Origin: an uncultured Lachnospiraceae bacterium
GTDB lineage: Bacteria; Bacillota; Clostridia; Lachnospirales; Lachnospiraceae
Direction: 5' to 3'
DNA: 64,000 bases
Assembly: GCA_947589095.1 (NCBI GenBank)
Contig: CANQBX010000008.1
Location: 2,949 to 66,948 of the forward strand
Below, piece after piece: positions 54,774 through 63,784 of the stretch. The notes below the pieces were generated by a model that saw only the letters and a list, made by a program, of their open reading frames with translations, was not told where the DNA came from and searched no databases. Every line of letters starts with the position of its first letter. The first letter of the stretch is position 1. The position numbers were made by a program, and so were the translations under genes.

Positions 54774-55961
54774 ATGACAAGAGAGGAAAAATATGCCATG
54801 AAAATAATGGGGAACGTACTTGTTATTGGAAATTCCGGCGTCGGTAAGTCAACTCTGATTAATGCGGTGCTAGGAGATAATCGTGCGGAGACAGGTTTTG
54901 GCGTGAAAGGAACAACAAACAAACTTTCTATTTATGAAAGCAAAGAATTGCCATTCCGCATTATTGATACGATAGGCTTTGAACCTTCGTGGCTCAAGGA
55001 AAGACAGGCAATCCGAGCGGTCAAAAAATGGTCAGCCGATAGCAGCAAGAAAGGGAAAGAGGATACGCAGATTAATGTGATATGGTTCTGCGTTGAAGGA
55101 ACTTCAAGCAAACTGTTTCCCAAGTCCATCAAGGATCTCTCGCGTGCTACCTCTATGTGGCCTACAGTACCGCTTATTGTGGTAATAACAAAATCATATT
55201 CCGTACCGGATCGCGAGGAGAATAAAAAGATGGTATATAGCGCGTTCGCCTCGCAGAAACGTTATGGAAAAAATCTACGAGAAGTGATACCTGTGGTGGC
55301 TGCGACATATACGCTTAATGAGCAAGCTTTTGCCGCGCCTGAAGGAATTCAGGAATTGATTACAGTGACCAACGATCTGCTTCCAGAGGGAGTTAAGGCT
55401 GCGCAGGATGATGTACATGCGTTTACTCTTAAGCGCAAGCAGACATTTGCACAAAGCATTGTCGGTACAACTGCGGCAGCGGGAGTTGTGGTGGGCGCTA
55501 TTCCGATTCCATTTTCGGATGCTGCCTTGCTGGGGCCGGTGGAAGTCGGAGAAGTGAACGCCCTGGCAAGAATCTATGGAGTTAATAAAAATGAATCCGC
55601 AAAAGAACTTTTGAATTCCATTATAGAAGTCGGAACAGTCGGAGCTGCAGCGAAAACTCTTATAAGTGCATTGAAGGCGATTCCAGGTCTGAATATCGGA
55701 GTAGCATTGTTGAATTCGATAATAGCCGGTTGTATTGTGGCGGCGTTGGGAGAAGCCAGTAATTATATTTTTATACAAATATATAATGGCGAAAAGTCTG
55801 CGGAGGATATTGACTGGGCAAAAAGGATTGTGGAGTCCAGACTGGCCAATCAGACACTTGAAAAAGTGATACAGATTCTTGATAAGATCAAAAAGGAGAA
55901 TCTTAATAAGGATGCCATTGTGAAACTAATCGTGTCGGTATTTTTCCAGAAAGCATCATAA
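54774..55961 (+). CDS. P-loop GTPase with a C-terminal YcjF/DUF697-like hydrophobic domain
   Basis: G1 GNSGVGKSTLIN, G3 IIDTIG, G4-like ITKS; AIPIPFSDA motif. The start may be ATG 54798. Confidence 0.85.
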   Translation: MTREEKYAMKIMGNVLVIGNSGVGKSTLINAVLGDNRAETGFGVKGTTNKLSIYESKELPFRIIDTIGFEPSWLKERQAIRAVKKWSADSSKKGKEDTQINVIWFCVEGTSSKLFPKSIKDLSRATSMWPTVPLIVVITKSYSVPDREENKKMVYSAFASQKRYGKNLREVIPVVAATYTLNEQAFAAPEGIQELITVTNDLLPEGVKAAQDDVHAFTLKRKQTFAQSIVGTTAAAGVVVGAIPIPFSDAALLGPVEVGEVNALARIYGVNKNESAKELLNSIIEVGTVGAAAKTLISALKAIPGLNIGVALLNSIIAGCIVAALGEASNYIFIQIYNGEKSAEDIDWAKRIVESRLANQTLEKVIQILDKIKKENLNKDAIVKLIVSVFFQKAS

Positions 55962-56079
55962 GGGGATAACGATTCATGACCCCCTTTATTCGATGACGCT
56001 GAACGAATTATTCACCGACCAGCTGTCATGGAAAAGAGCGTATACTCAGATAAATAAAAAGTACGGAACAAGGTATGAA

Positions 56080-56104
56080 TGAACCGCTCCCCGTCAAGTA
56101 GACA
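56080..56104 (-). mobile_element. Solo IS3-family (IS150-like) terminal inverted repeat; IS scar
   Basis: TGAACCGCTCCCCGTCAAGTAGACA resembles, from memory, IS3-family ends in Firmicutes. No partner repeat or transposase ORF was found. Confidence 0.45.
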
Positions 56105-56202
56105 ATCAAAAAAGTGTTGCCGGAACTTACTTGTCAACCGGAGTGCCTATGGCTGAGCCCTTAAGTATTCCTGCGCATTTCTTAACTAGATGAAAGGTTT
56201 AT

Positions 56203-56718
56203 TTATTTTAACTTTTCTTTTTCAGCATTTAATAGCTCAATATTAAGATTATTTTCGCTGGCGGTTTTATTAACCCACAGATTTAATGAGTCGATAGCCA
56301 GAGATACTTCGTCAAGTTTTTTACTGATGTAGGCGAAGTCTTTGATTTCATCATCTGTAATTTTTCCATCTCTCGCTATCTGGATCAAACGAATGGTTAA
56401 GGGATTGATCTCATTTAAACTGGCGATTGTTTCCAAAATGATATTGGACAATTCGGATACCTCAACTTCCGGAACGTAACGATCCCCAATTGTACATTTA
56501 TGGGAGCAATAGTAATTACAAAGGTCCGGTCTTTTATAGCAGTCAGCCATTTGAATGATGTCATACGGAGTTGGCTCCTGCAGTTCATATTCGATTTTTT
56601 CGATTCTGGAAGCAGATACCCCTGCCATCATTTCACTTGCTTTTTCGCGGGTAAGGCCCTGGGCTTCCCGACATAACTGATATATATTTTTGTTTTCTCT
56701 TGTTGATTGCTTTCCCAT
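56203..56718 (-). CDS. XRE-family HTH regulator with a C-terminal helical domain
   Basis: Start at MGKQSTRENKNIYQLCREAQGLTREKASE; SRIEKIEYE HTH. The upstream part of the track ORF overlaps another gene. Confidence 0.85.
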   Translation of the reverse strand: MGKQSTRENKNIYQLCREAQGLTREKASEMMAGVSASRIEKIEYELQEPTPYDIIQMADCYKRPDLCNYYCSHKCTIGDRYVPEVEVSELSNIILETIASLNEINPLTIRLIQIARDGKITDDEIKDFAYISKKLDEVSLAIDSLNLWVNKTASENNLNIELLNAEKEKLK

Positions 56719-56869
56719 TGATAGTACCCCTTTATCTCTCAAAACCCGAGAAATACATATGTTTAAGTCCTCGCTTTGAAGGTGTATTTCTGCCTTCGGT
56801 ACAATTATACTAAAAACAAAAAAAAACAGCAAGGATAAGTTGTAACCAGAGGAGATGATACATGCAAAG

Positions 56870-57010
56870 ATGGATGCAGAAAAAAGAATACAGTTAATCA
56901 AAACCATTGAAAAAATGGAAAGGAACCCGGCATTTAGTGAGAAACTGGGAATCCGGAATAAATCAGCATTGAGAACGGCGCAGGAGCGAAAGGAGAGGGA
57001 AAGATCGTGA
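56870..57010 (+). CDS. Small basic protein (46 aa), absent from the ORF track
   Basis: MDAEKRIQLIKTIEKMERNPAFSEKLGIRNKSALRTAQERKERERS; its TGA overlaps the GTG start of the exonuclease gene; alternative start at 56855. Confidence 0.55.
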   Translation: MDAEKRIQLIKTIEKMERNPAFSEKLGIRNKSALRTAQERKERERS

Positions 57011-57675
57011 AACACATTGTAATTGATCTGGAGATGAATACGTTGGACAAGAAGTTTAAGGATGAAAGAATAATTTGCGGAAGTGAGATTATCCAAATAG
57101 GAGCGGTGCTGCTGGATGAACAATATCAGGAGATCGGATCTTTTAATACGCTTGTAAAGCCTCAATATAATGAGCGGATTGAAAGGAAATTCGAGAGATT
57201 AACCGGCATTACGACAGAAATGGTTCAGAATGCCCCTGTTTTTTCAGAAGCAATCGGACAGTTCCTTTCCTGGTGCCGCAGCATAAGAGATGATATTCAA
57301 ATTTATCAGTGGAGTGAATCTGATTATGAACAAATCGCAAAGGAATTAGTATTAAAAAGAATCTGTTTGGCCCCAGAAGACAAAGAACTACTAAAGGGAT
57401 TTCAAGACTTTCAAAAAGAATACGGCGAGACACTTGGACTGTCTAAAGCGGTGTCGTTGAAAGATGCAGTAATGTATGCAGGAGTAGATTTCTCCGGGAA
57501 AGAACATGATGCTTTGGATGACGCGAAAAACACAGCTTCTTTATTGAGAATCGTTAGAATTCCGGAGCTCTGCAATATGGCACTCGAAAATGTGATCGAT
57601 GCATTCCAAACAAAGCCAATAGGAACCTCACTTGGCGATTTATTACATTTTGATGAGTTGGGCATACCGGCATAA
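57007..57675 (+). CDS. DEDDh 3'-5' exonuclease
   Basis: IDLEMN (ExoI), EIIQIGAV, WSESD (ExoII), HDALDDA (ExoIII). Confidence 0.92.
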   Translation: MKHIVIDLEMNTLDKKFKDERIICGSEIIQIGAVLLDEQYQEIGSFNTLVKPQYNERIERKFERLTGITTEMVQNAPVFSEAIGQFLSWCRSIRDDIQIYQWSESDYEQIAKELVLKRICLAPEDKELLKGFQDFQKEYGETLGLSKAVSLKDAVMYAGVDFSGKEHDALDDAKNTASLLRIVRIPELCNMALENVIDAFQTKPIGTSLGDLLHFDELGIPA

Positions 57676-57693
57676 AGAGGGGGAAGGAGAAAC

Positions 57694-57909
57694 GTGTTAT
57701 CACTGATATTTGCAATTTGCATGATATGGATATTTGGTAAATTATTAATTTTTGGGATCAAAGCCGCCTGGAGCATCTCGAAGTTCCTGGTAACGATTGT
57801 ATTGCTGCCTCTGGTGCTGATCGGGATGGTTATGGGCGGATTGATATACATAGCGTTTCTTATTTTAATCATAGTGGGAATTATAGCGCTGGTTCCATTC
57901 AAAGGGTAA
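57694..57909 (+). CDS. Small hydrophobic membrane protein (71 aa)
   Basis: Almost entirely hydrophobic; GGAAGGAG RBS; GTG start. Confidence 0.75.
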   Translation: MLSLIFAICMIWIFGKLLIFGIKAAWSISKFLVTIVLLPLVLIGMVMGGLIYIAFLILIIVGIIALVPFKG

Positions 57910-58184
57910 CCTCAGAATAAGGGGATTAAACGTTGCTAAGGTTTTTGTTTGGTCACTTAAATTTATACCCAAATTGACCAGGATTCCTTATTTTTTGAGA
58001 TTTTATAAAAGATGTTCACAAGTAATGAATTGCTGGTAAACAGAACTGTGGAAACTCAAGAAAGACACTACTTTATTTTCCTTTGTAACTATGGTACAAT
58101 TCTTTAGGAAAGTATCAGATTCAGGGCGGACAAAAAGAGCAGCCTATATAGAAACTAAAGCTGCTCTGAATGTGATTCTTTCCA

Positions 58185-58353
58185 ATTGTACCAAGCCGCG
58201 GAACTATTTTCTGATAATTCTTATATGGAATTCGTATTTATTCGAGCTCAATTCGAAGAATTGTCAGAAAATACATCGGTGAACTTGTTATGCACATAAT
58301 ATATCACAATGATGTAAAGTTGGCAAGCCGCCGCGCTAGCGGCTTGGTACAAT
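58185..58353 (+). other. Multi-stem palindromic element upstream of the toxin operon
   Basis: Outer 15-bp inverted repeat (58185-58199/58339-58353), inner 18-bp stem with one G-U pair (58205-58222/58256-58273) and an interrupted third stem (58272-58316). Confidence 0.6.
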
Positions 58354-58407
58354 ATTATATGTCTAATTGAATGAATAAAACAGTGCGGGAGTAGGGGGCA
58401 AATAATT

Positions 58408-60303
58408 ATGTTTCAATCTGCAAAGAGGTTTTCCATATTACTGGTTGTCGTAGCCGCGACACTATTCATACTGCCGATGAAAGCGTTTGCAGAGGATGGA
58501 AAGGTAGAACTCTCAGGTTTGATGTATGAGTTTGATAAAGACAATCACTATGATATTTTCGAAAGTGATTCTGTTTCGACGACAGACAGCGATTACACCT
58601 ACGGAACATTTTTTATCAATGGGGAAATAACTGCTACAAGCGAGAAATCTGGCATTCTATCTTACGAAGTTGGCAACGGAAACTTGGAATTTTACTACAA
58701 TTACGGAGATACCTTGCTCAATGTGGACGAAGACTCTTGGCATCTTGTAGATGACAAGAGCAAAAAAGTAGCCGGTAAGGAATTAGACTCTAACATTATG
58801 AAGGGTGCAATTATTTTGCAGACCTCTAAGGATCAAAAGAATTGGATAGATGAAAAAACTATTTGCAATGCATTCAGCGATGTCCCTATCCGAACAAGTT
58901 CAATTTACTCTACAACTGATGTACAATTGATTAATGGCTGTTATTACAGACTTGTAGTAGTATATGAACTCGCTAAGAAGATTGAAGACAGAAATTTCTT
59001 GTTCATTAACACTGACAAGTATGATTACAAAAAATGTGCCGAGGTTTATGAATTCTATGCTTGTGCCGATGGCGGCGAGGTTAATGCCATTGACCTTAGT
59101 CAGACATATAGCCTTGGATCGAGAGTAAAAGTAAAAAATTTTGATGGTTACTTCGGCGAAGAATTGATTGATAAAAATGACGTCCATTACGGTTGGGAAC
59201 TTGGCAACTTTTTTGTCAGCGGATATACAGATGAGGTGACAAGTTCCGATGGGAACATAGTATTTCTCAAGAATGTTGGAGATAAAGTTACTCTTTGGTT
59301 TAAGCTTGACCAAGATATCAATTGTTTGAATGGCAAGAAAAACTTATCTATTACCGCTGATACAGAAGGGTATGATCAGTACTTTGAAACTTCGAAAATG
59401 GATTTTGGACATGGTGTTCTGATTATTCGTTACACTGACCATAACAATGTAAAGGCAACACCTACTATCTACACAAATTATCTTGAAGCCAATGCAGTTG
59501 TCGGTGCAGATACCAAAGTCCAGTTGTTCGAGGAGGGTGATTATGAGGTTGCCCTTGATTACGAGGTTACAAAAAACGAGTTGATCGACAAAATCGGACA
59601 CTACCGCATATTCTTTAAATTCTCTGTTCGCAATGGTAACTGCATGGTTTATCCCTTTGATGTTCGGACGGGTAGTGAGCTAACAAGCAGTTCTTTGACC
59701 GAAAATGGGTTCCGTTTGGACTTGGCTAAGTCCAGATATTTGAAAATCAATATCAAAAGGGAAATACTGACAGACAGTGCTGATGGACTTATCGAAGATA
59801 CCCGTTTCAACGGTTCCACGAAGGATGGCGCTGAGTATACTGAAGAGGGCATTTATACTATCACTGTTAACAACGAATATACGGGACAGGTTACTACAAA
59901 GAAGATTTATGTTGGAACAAACAATATTCTTCGGGCCCACATGACTACTGGCCTGTCTATCCCAGAAATCAACGATCTTGTTGCAGAAGGAGCGACAATT
60001 TCTGAGGATGGAACAATTCAACCTGCGGCTGTGATTCCTGTTGAGGAGTCAGCAGGGCCGGAGCAGAAAGATTCGGATACATCTTCTGCTTCTGGTGTTG
60101 ATGTTCCGGTGAGCGGGGCAATAAATACTAATTCGGGAAATGCTGAATCAGACGAAAAGTTTTTCCCAATCGCTGCAATTGTTGGAGTAATTATCTGTAT
60201 CTTTGCTATAGTTGTTGTATTTGTCATAAAAAAGAAGGAAAAACAACCAGCTAAAGCTGATAATAGCTATCATGATGAAACTAAAGAGGATATAGAACAA
60301 TGA
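58408..60303 (+). CDS. Large secreted beta-rich protein with a C-terminal TM anchor
   Basis: Signal peptide ending MKAFA; acidic Ser-rich stalk; TM FFPIAAIVGVIICIFAIVVVFVI followed by KKKEK; no LPxTG. Confidence 0.85.
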   Translation: MFQSAKRFSILLVVVAATLFILPMKAFAEDGKVELSGLMYEFDKDNHYDIFESDSVSTTDSDYTYGTFFINGEITATSEKSGILSYEVGNGNLEFYYNYGDTLLNVDEDSWHLVDDKSKKVAGKELDSNIMKGAIILQTSKDQKNWIDEKTICNAFSDVPIRTSSIYSTTDVQLINGCYYRLVVVYELAKKIEDRNFLFINTDKYDYKKCAEVYEFYACADGGEVNAIDLSQTYSLGSRVKVKNFDGYFGEELIDKNDVHYGWELGNFFVSGYTDEVTSSDGNIVFLKNVGDKVTLWFKLDQDINCLNGKKNLSITADTEGYDQYFETSKMDFGHGVLIIRYTDHNNVKATPTIYTNYLEANAVVGADTKVQLFEEGDYEVALDYEVTKNELIDKIGHYRIFFKFSVRNGNCMVYPFDVRTGSELTSSSLTENGFRLDLAKSRYLKINIKREILTDSADGLIEDTRFNGSTKDGAEYTEEGIYTITVNNEYTGQVTTKKIYVGTNNILRAHMTTGLSIPEINDLVAEGATISEDGTIQPAAVIPVEESAGPEQKDSDTSSASGVDVPVSGAINTNSGNAESDEKFFPIAAIVGVIICIFAIVVVFVIKKKEKQPAKADNSYHDETKEDIEQ

Positions 60304-61535
60304 AAAAAATAATCGCGCTCTTTCTTAGCGTTATAATGGTTCTTACTGGTTGTGTGCAAACAACGCCACAGGAATCTACTTCCAGCGAGGGGAACAATGC
60401 TCAAGAAACAACAGAGCCTGTAGATCCTATTGAATGGGAAAATGTGGAACCACAATACACTTCACTGGATGATGAGGAACTTCTTGCCCATATTGAGGAC
60501 TTAGTTTACCATGATACAGTCGTCTCCCTCAACAGTAAGGAATATTTTGTTGAAAATGTATCTGCTATTTATATCTCAAAAGAATACCTTGATGAGGTGG
60601 CATTCAATTCCCAGTCAAATATTTACTTTGGCTATACGCTGGCAGAATTAGATGACATATTCCATGGCACAAAATACATCTTTGCATTAAGTGATAGCGG
60701 AACAACTACTGTTCAGGAACTTCAAGAGATTGAGGATACCTCAACCGAAACAATGCTTAAAAATGTAGCTATCGGGTCAGGTGTAATTCTGGTTTGTGTG
60801 ACGGTATCTGTCGTGACTGCAGGCACAGCAGCTCCGGCGGTGAGCATGATATTCGCAGCATCCGCAAAGACCGCAGCAACCTTTGCCATTTCATCTGCGG
60901 TATTCGGCGGTATCTCTGCCGGCATCGTAAGAGGCATTCAGACCGGAGACTTCGACGAAGCCATGAAAGCTGCTGCTATGGAGGCAACAGAAGGTTTCAA
61001 GTGGGGAGCTATCAGCGGAGCAGTTGTTGGTGGTAGTAGTGAAGCATTCCTGTTGAAATCTGCTACCCGAAATGGTCTGACCATGAATGAGGCGGCTATT
61101 ATACAAAAAGACTCCGGTCTTCCAGTAGATATTATCTCACAGATGCACAGCATAAAAGAATATGAAATATACAAAGATGCCGGATTAAAAACGATGGTGG
61201 TAGATGGCAGGACAGCCCTTGTCCAGCAAATTGATTTAAACTATGTCAGTCAACTTCCTGACGGAACAGAAGTAACGAATCTTGTGCGGATGCAAGATGG
61301 ATATCCGCCACTTGACCCAGTAACAGGAAAGGCATATGAATTGCACCATATGGGACAAAAAGATAATGGAGTACTTGCTATTTTGACACAGGAACAACAC
61401 CGGGGAAAAGGGAATATGAAAGTTTTGCATGATATATTGAATGATTCTGGAGTTGATCATGGAACAGAATGGAAAAAAACTGTTTCAAGTTTTTGGAAAT
61501 ATCTTGGAAATTATTATGCCAAGGGAGGCGTATAA
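60300..61535 (+). CDS. Lipoprotein with a C-terminal LHH (HNH/EndoVII-fold) nuclease toxin domain
   Basis: Lipobox LTGC; Gly/Ala-rich hydrophobic middle; TNLVRMQDGYPP...YELHHMGQK...LAILTQEQH...LH...FWK matches the LHH pattern; ATGA-coupled to the upstream gene. Confidence 0.88.
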   Translation: MKKIIALFLSVIMVLTGCVQTTPQESTSSEGNNAQETTEPVDPIEWENVEPQYTSLDDEELLAHIEDLVYHDTVVSLNSKEYFVENVSAIYISKEYLDEVAFNSQSNIYFGYTLAELDDIFHGTKYIFALSDSGTTTVQELQEIEDTSTETMLKNVAIGSGVILVCVTVSVVTAGTAAPAVSMIFAASAKTAATFAISSAVFGGISAGIVRGIQTGDFDEAMKAAAMEATEGFKWGAISGAVVGGSSEAFLLKSATRNGLTMNEAAIIQKDSGLPVDIISQMHSIKEYEIYKDAGLKTMVVDGRTALVQQIDLNYVSQLPDGTEVTNLVRMQDGYPPLDPVTGKAYELHHMGQKDNGVLAILTQEQHRGKGNMKVLHDILNDSGVDHGTEWKKTVSSFWKYLGNYYAKGGV

Positions 61536-61538
61536 AGA

Positions 61539-61925
61539 GTGAAATTTGTAGATATTATAAAGGAGATGCCGGATTACATTGGTTCAAATGGAAGAGATAA
61601 AAATACAATTGCTGAAGCAGAGAAAGAACTGGGCGTCACATTTGCGGGAGATTATCATGAATACCTAGAGAAGATTGGACTTGCATGTTTCGACGGCCAT
61701 GAGCTTACTGGTTTGACAAAAACATCTCGTCTGAATGTTGTCTCCGTAACCGTGGAGCAGCGAGAACAATTAGGTAATATTGATGCGTCGTGGTATGTCA
61801 TTGAGGAAGTGGGCATCGATGGTATTGTTATCTGGCAAAGTGCGGATGGCTCCATTTATGCAACTGCCCTAAATTCAAAAGCAAGGAAGATTGCAAACTC
61901 CCTTTCCGAGTACATTTCTAAGTAA
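61539..61925 (+). CDS. SMI1/KNR4 (SUKH) immunity protein
   Basis: IAEAEKELGVTFAGDYHEYLEKIG core motif; starts 3 nt after the toxin stop codon. Confidence 0.9.
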   Translation: MKFVDIIKEMPDYIGSNGRDKNTIAEAEKELGVTFAGDYHEYLEKIGLACFDGHELTGLTKTSRLNVVSVTVEQREQLGNIDASWYVIEEVGIDGIVIWQSADGSIYATALNSKARKIANSLSEYISK

Positions 61926-62083
61926 ACTAATTTTTACAATAGCCACAATAAATATCATTTACTGGTAAATAGCAAGTCGACTTATCATCTGCAGGTGAAT
62001 TCTTGCACGATGGGATAAACATACTGCAAGAATTAAGAATTTGTTATTGGGACAACTGGGCGATTTAGTAATGGAGGCAGACA

Positions 62084-62743
62084 ATGACATATAAAGATTT
62101 TGTTGAAGATACAATTTGTAATTTAAGCGAGCCGGTGTTTGAAGAGCTCAAACAGTTGCTGCTCGGAGAATACATATCATTCTCCATCATAGACCACGAG
62201 AATGTCACCAAAGATATTCTTGCCGAGAAGGTCTGTGATTACTTTAGTACACTTGAAATAAAAACAGGTAAGTCGTTCGATAAGCATATCGAATCCTATA
62301 TGAGTGGCTTGGATTCCATCGTGGGTCCGCATATTGCCAAAACGCCACAGGCTAAAAAGGGCGATAAGACACTTATTGTTGATTCCCGTCCCCGGTCAAG
62401 GAAGTACTACGATAAGGTTATTACTACCAAAGGGGTTAAAAATCCATCCCTGACTCAACTGGTTGATTATTCCAGGATTATGATGTGCCTGTATACTGCG
62501 GCAATCAAAAATAGAGATAACCCTATAGATAATTTCGATTATGCGTCAAAATGTCTTGCTCCGGTGAGCATCGTTGATGCCATGAAAAGCGAGGAGATTT
62601 CGATTGTGCATACTCGTTTAAAGAAGAAACGGTTTGACATGAAGGATCTATATAGCGATGACGTGTGCACGTTGATTTTGTCGATATTGATTCTTTTCTC
62701 AATTATCAACGGAAAAGTAGAAGGAGAAACCGATCATGAGTGA
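62084..62743 (+). CDS. Hypothetical protein (219 aa)
   Basis: GGAGG RBS; hydrophobic C-terminal segment; stop overlaps the next start. Confidence 0.75.
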   Translation: MTYKDFVEDTICNLSEPVFEELKQLLLGEYISFSIIDHENVTKDILAEKVCDYFSTLEIKTGKSFDKHIESYMSGLDSIVGPHIAKTPQAKKGDKTLIVDSRPRSRKYYDKVITTKGVKNPSLTQLVDYSRIMMCLYTAAIKNRDNPIDNFDYASKCLAPVSIVDAMKSEEISIVHTRLKKKRFDMKDLYSDDVCTLILSILILFSIINGKVEGETDHE

Positions 62744-63773
62744 TATGCTAGTTATAGAGACTTGGGAGCAACTAAAGGCATTCTTGAATGAAAAAGGCGT
62801 GATGGAAATTGTGGTCAGGAACAAGAACAAGCGGTTCAAAGCTTTTCAGAAGGTCATGATCAGCAATCTTCCGGAAACACAAGAAAAGGAGCTTGCTCAG
62901 AAAGTCATTGATATACTCAATAAGAATACGCAGATGAATGAGCGGAACCTGAATCTTCTGGGTAATGTGGCAAAACTGGAAGAAATCGGAATGCTATTGA
63001 ACGGCCTGAACCTATGTGCTACCTGTGCCGGTTTTGCAATTATGTACGCGAAGCTGGATGCCATGAGTTCAGAAATCAATCAACAACTATACCAACTCGA
63101 GAAAACAGTAAAGCAGACTCAGGATATCCAGAATGATTACGAGTTTAAAAAAGTGCTCGCGGAGCATACAGATATGCTGGATAGCCAGCGCAGACAGCAG
63201 CCTTATTCTGAAGGGAAAATGCGTGAACTTGTCGACCGAGAGTATAATGTCCTGATGCTTCTGATCAGTTCTTTCCGAAAGGATATCTCAGGAGATAAAA
63301 GAGCATTGATCTTTTCAATCTTTTCAATGCTTGCGATGTTCACGGCGTCACTGCGTTATTTTGACGAATTGTATTATTTCAATAATCGTCAAGTACTGGG
63401 AGAAAAGAACGCGTGGCATCTGTCCCACGAAAAATGGATGAGCGTATATGACGAGTTATCCTCTGAATGGTTTATCGAAAAGCTGCAGGATTATGGAATG
63501 TTCGATACAAAGTTATCAACTCTGGAGGTCGACATTTACTACATAAGTTTGATGGATCAGGTAGCTGACCTGAGAAGTGAAATAGAAGATAATCAGGCAT
63601 TGATTATTGCCCTGGGGGACGATGAGCTTTTCAGAAAAGTTAAAGAAATGAATGCAAAGGAAATCGCTGATTCCATTGAGTCAGCATACAGAGAAGCCGG
63701 CAGCGATTTGGCTGAGGAAACCGTCATAGCAGCGTATCAGAACGGAATGCAGCAGGCGGCAATGGCGGCGTGA
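62736..63773 (+). CDS. Hypothetical helical protein with a central hydrophobic segment and coiled coils
   Basis: AAGGAG RBS; LLNGLNLCATCAGFAIMYAKL followed by a heptad-like region. Confidence 0.78.
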   Translation: MSDMLVIETWEQLKAFLNEKGVMEIVVRNKNKRFKAFQKVMISNLPETQEKELAQKVIDILNKNTQMNERNLNLLGNVAKLEEIGMLLNGLNLCATCAGFAIMYAKLDAMSSEINQQLYQLEKTVKQTQDIQNDYEFKKVLAEHTDMLDSQRRQQPYSEGKMRELVDREYNVLMLLISSFRKDISGDKRALIFSIFSMLAMFTASLRYFDELYYFNNRQVLGEKNAWHLSHEKWMSVYDELSSEWFIEKLQDYGMFDTKLSTLEVDIYYISLMDQVADLRSEIEDNQALIIALGDDELFRKVKEMNAKEIADSIESAYREAGSDLAEETVIAAYQNGMQQAAMAA

Positions 63774-63784
63774 GGTGATCAATT

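Noticed and set aside
58091-58282. 63-aa ORF in the ORF track
   Set aside because: No RBS, its start overlaps a TGGTACAAT -10 motif, and it runs through the palindromic element.
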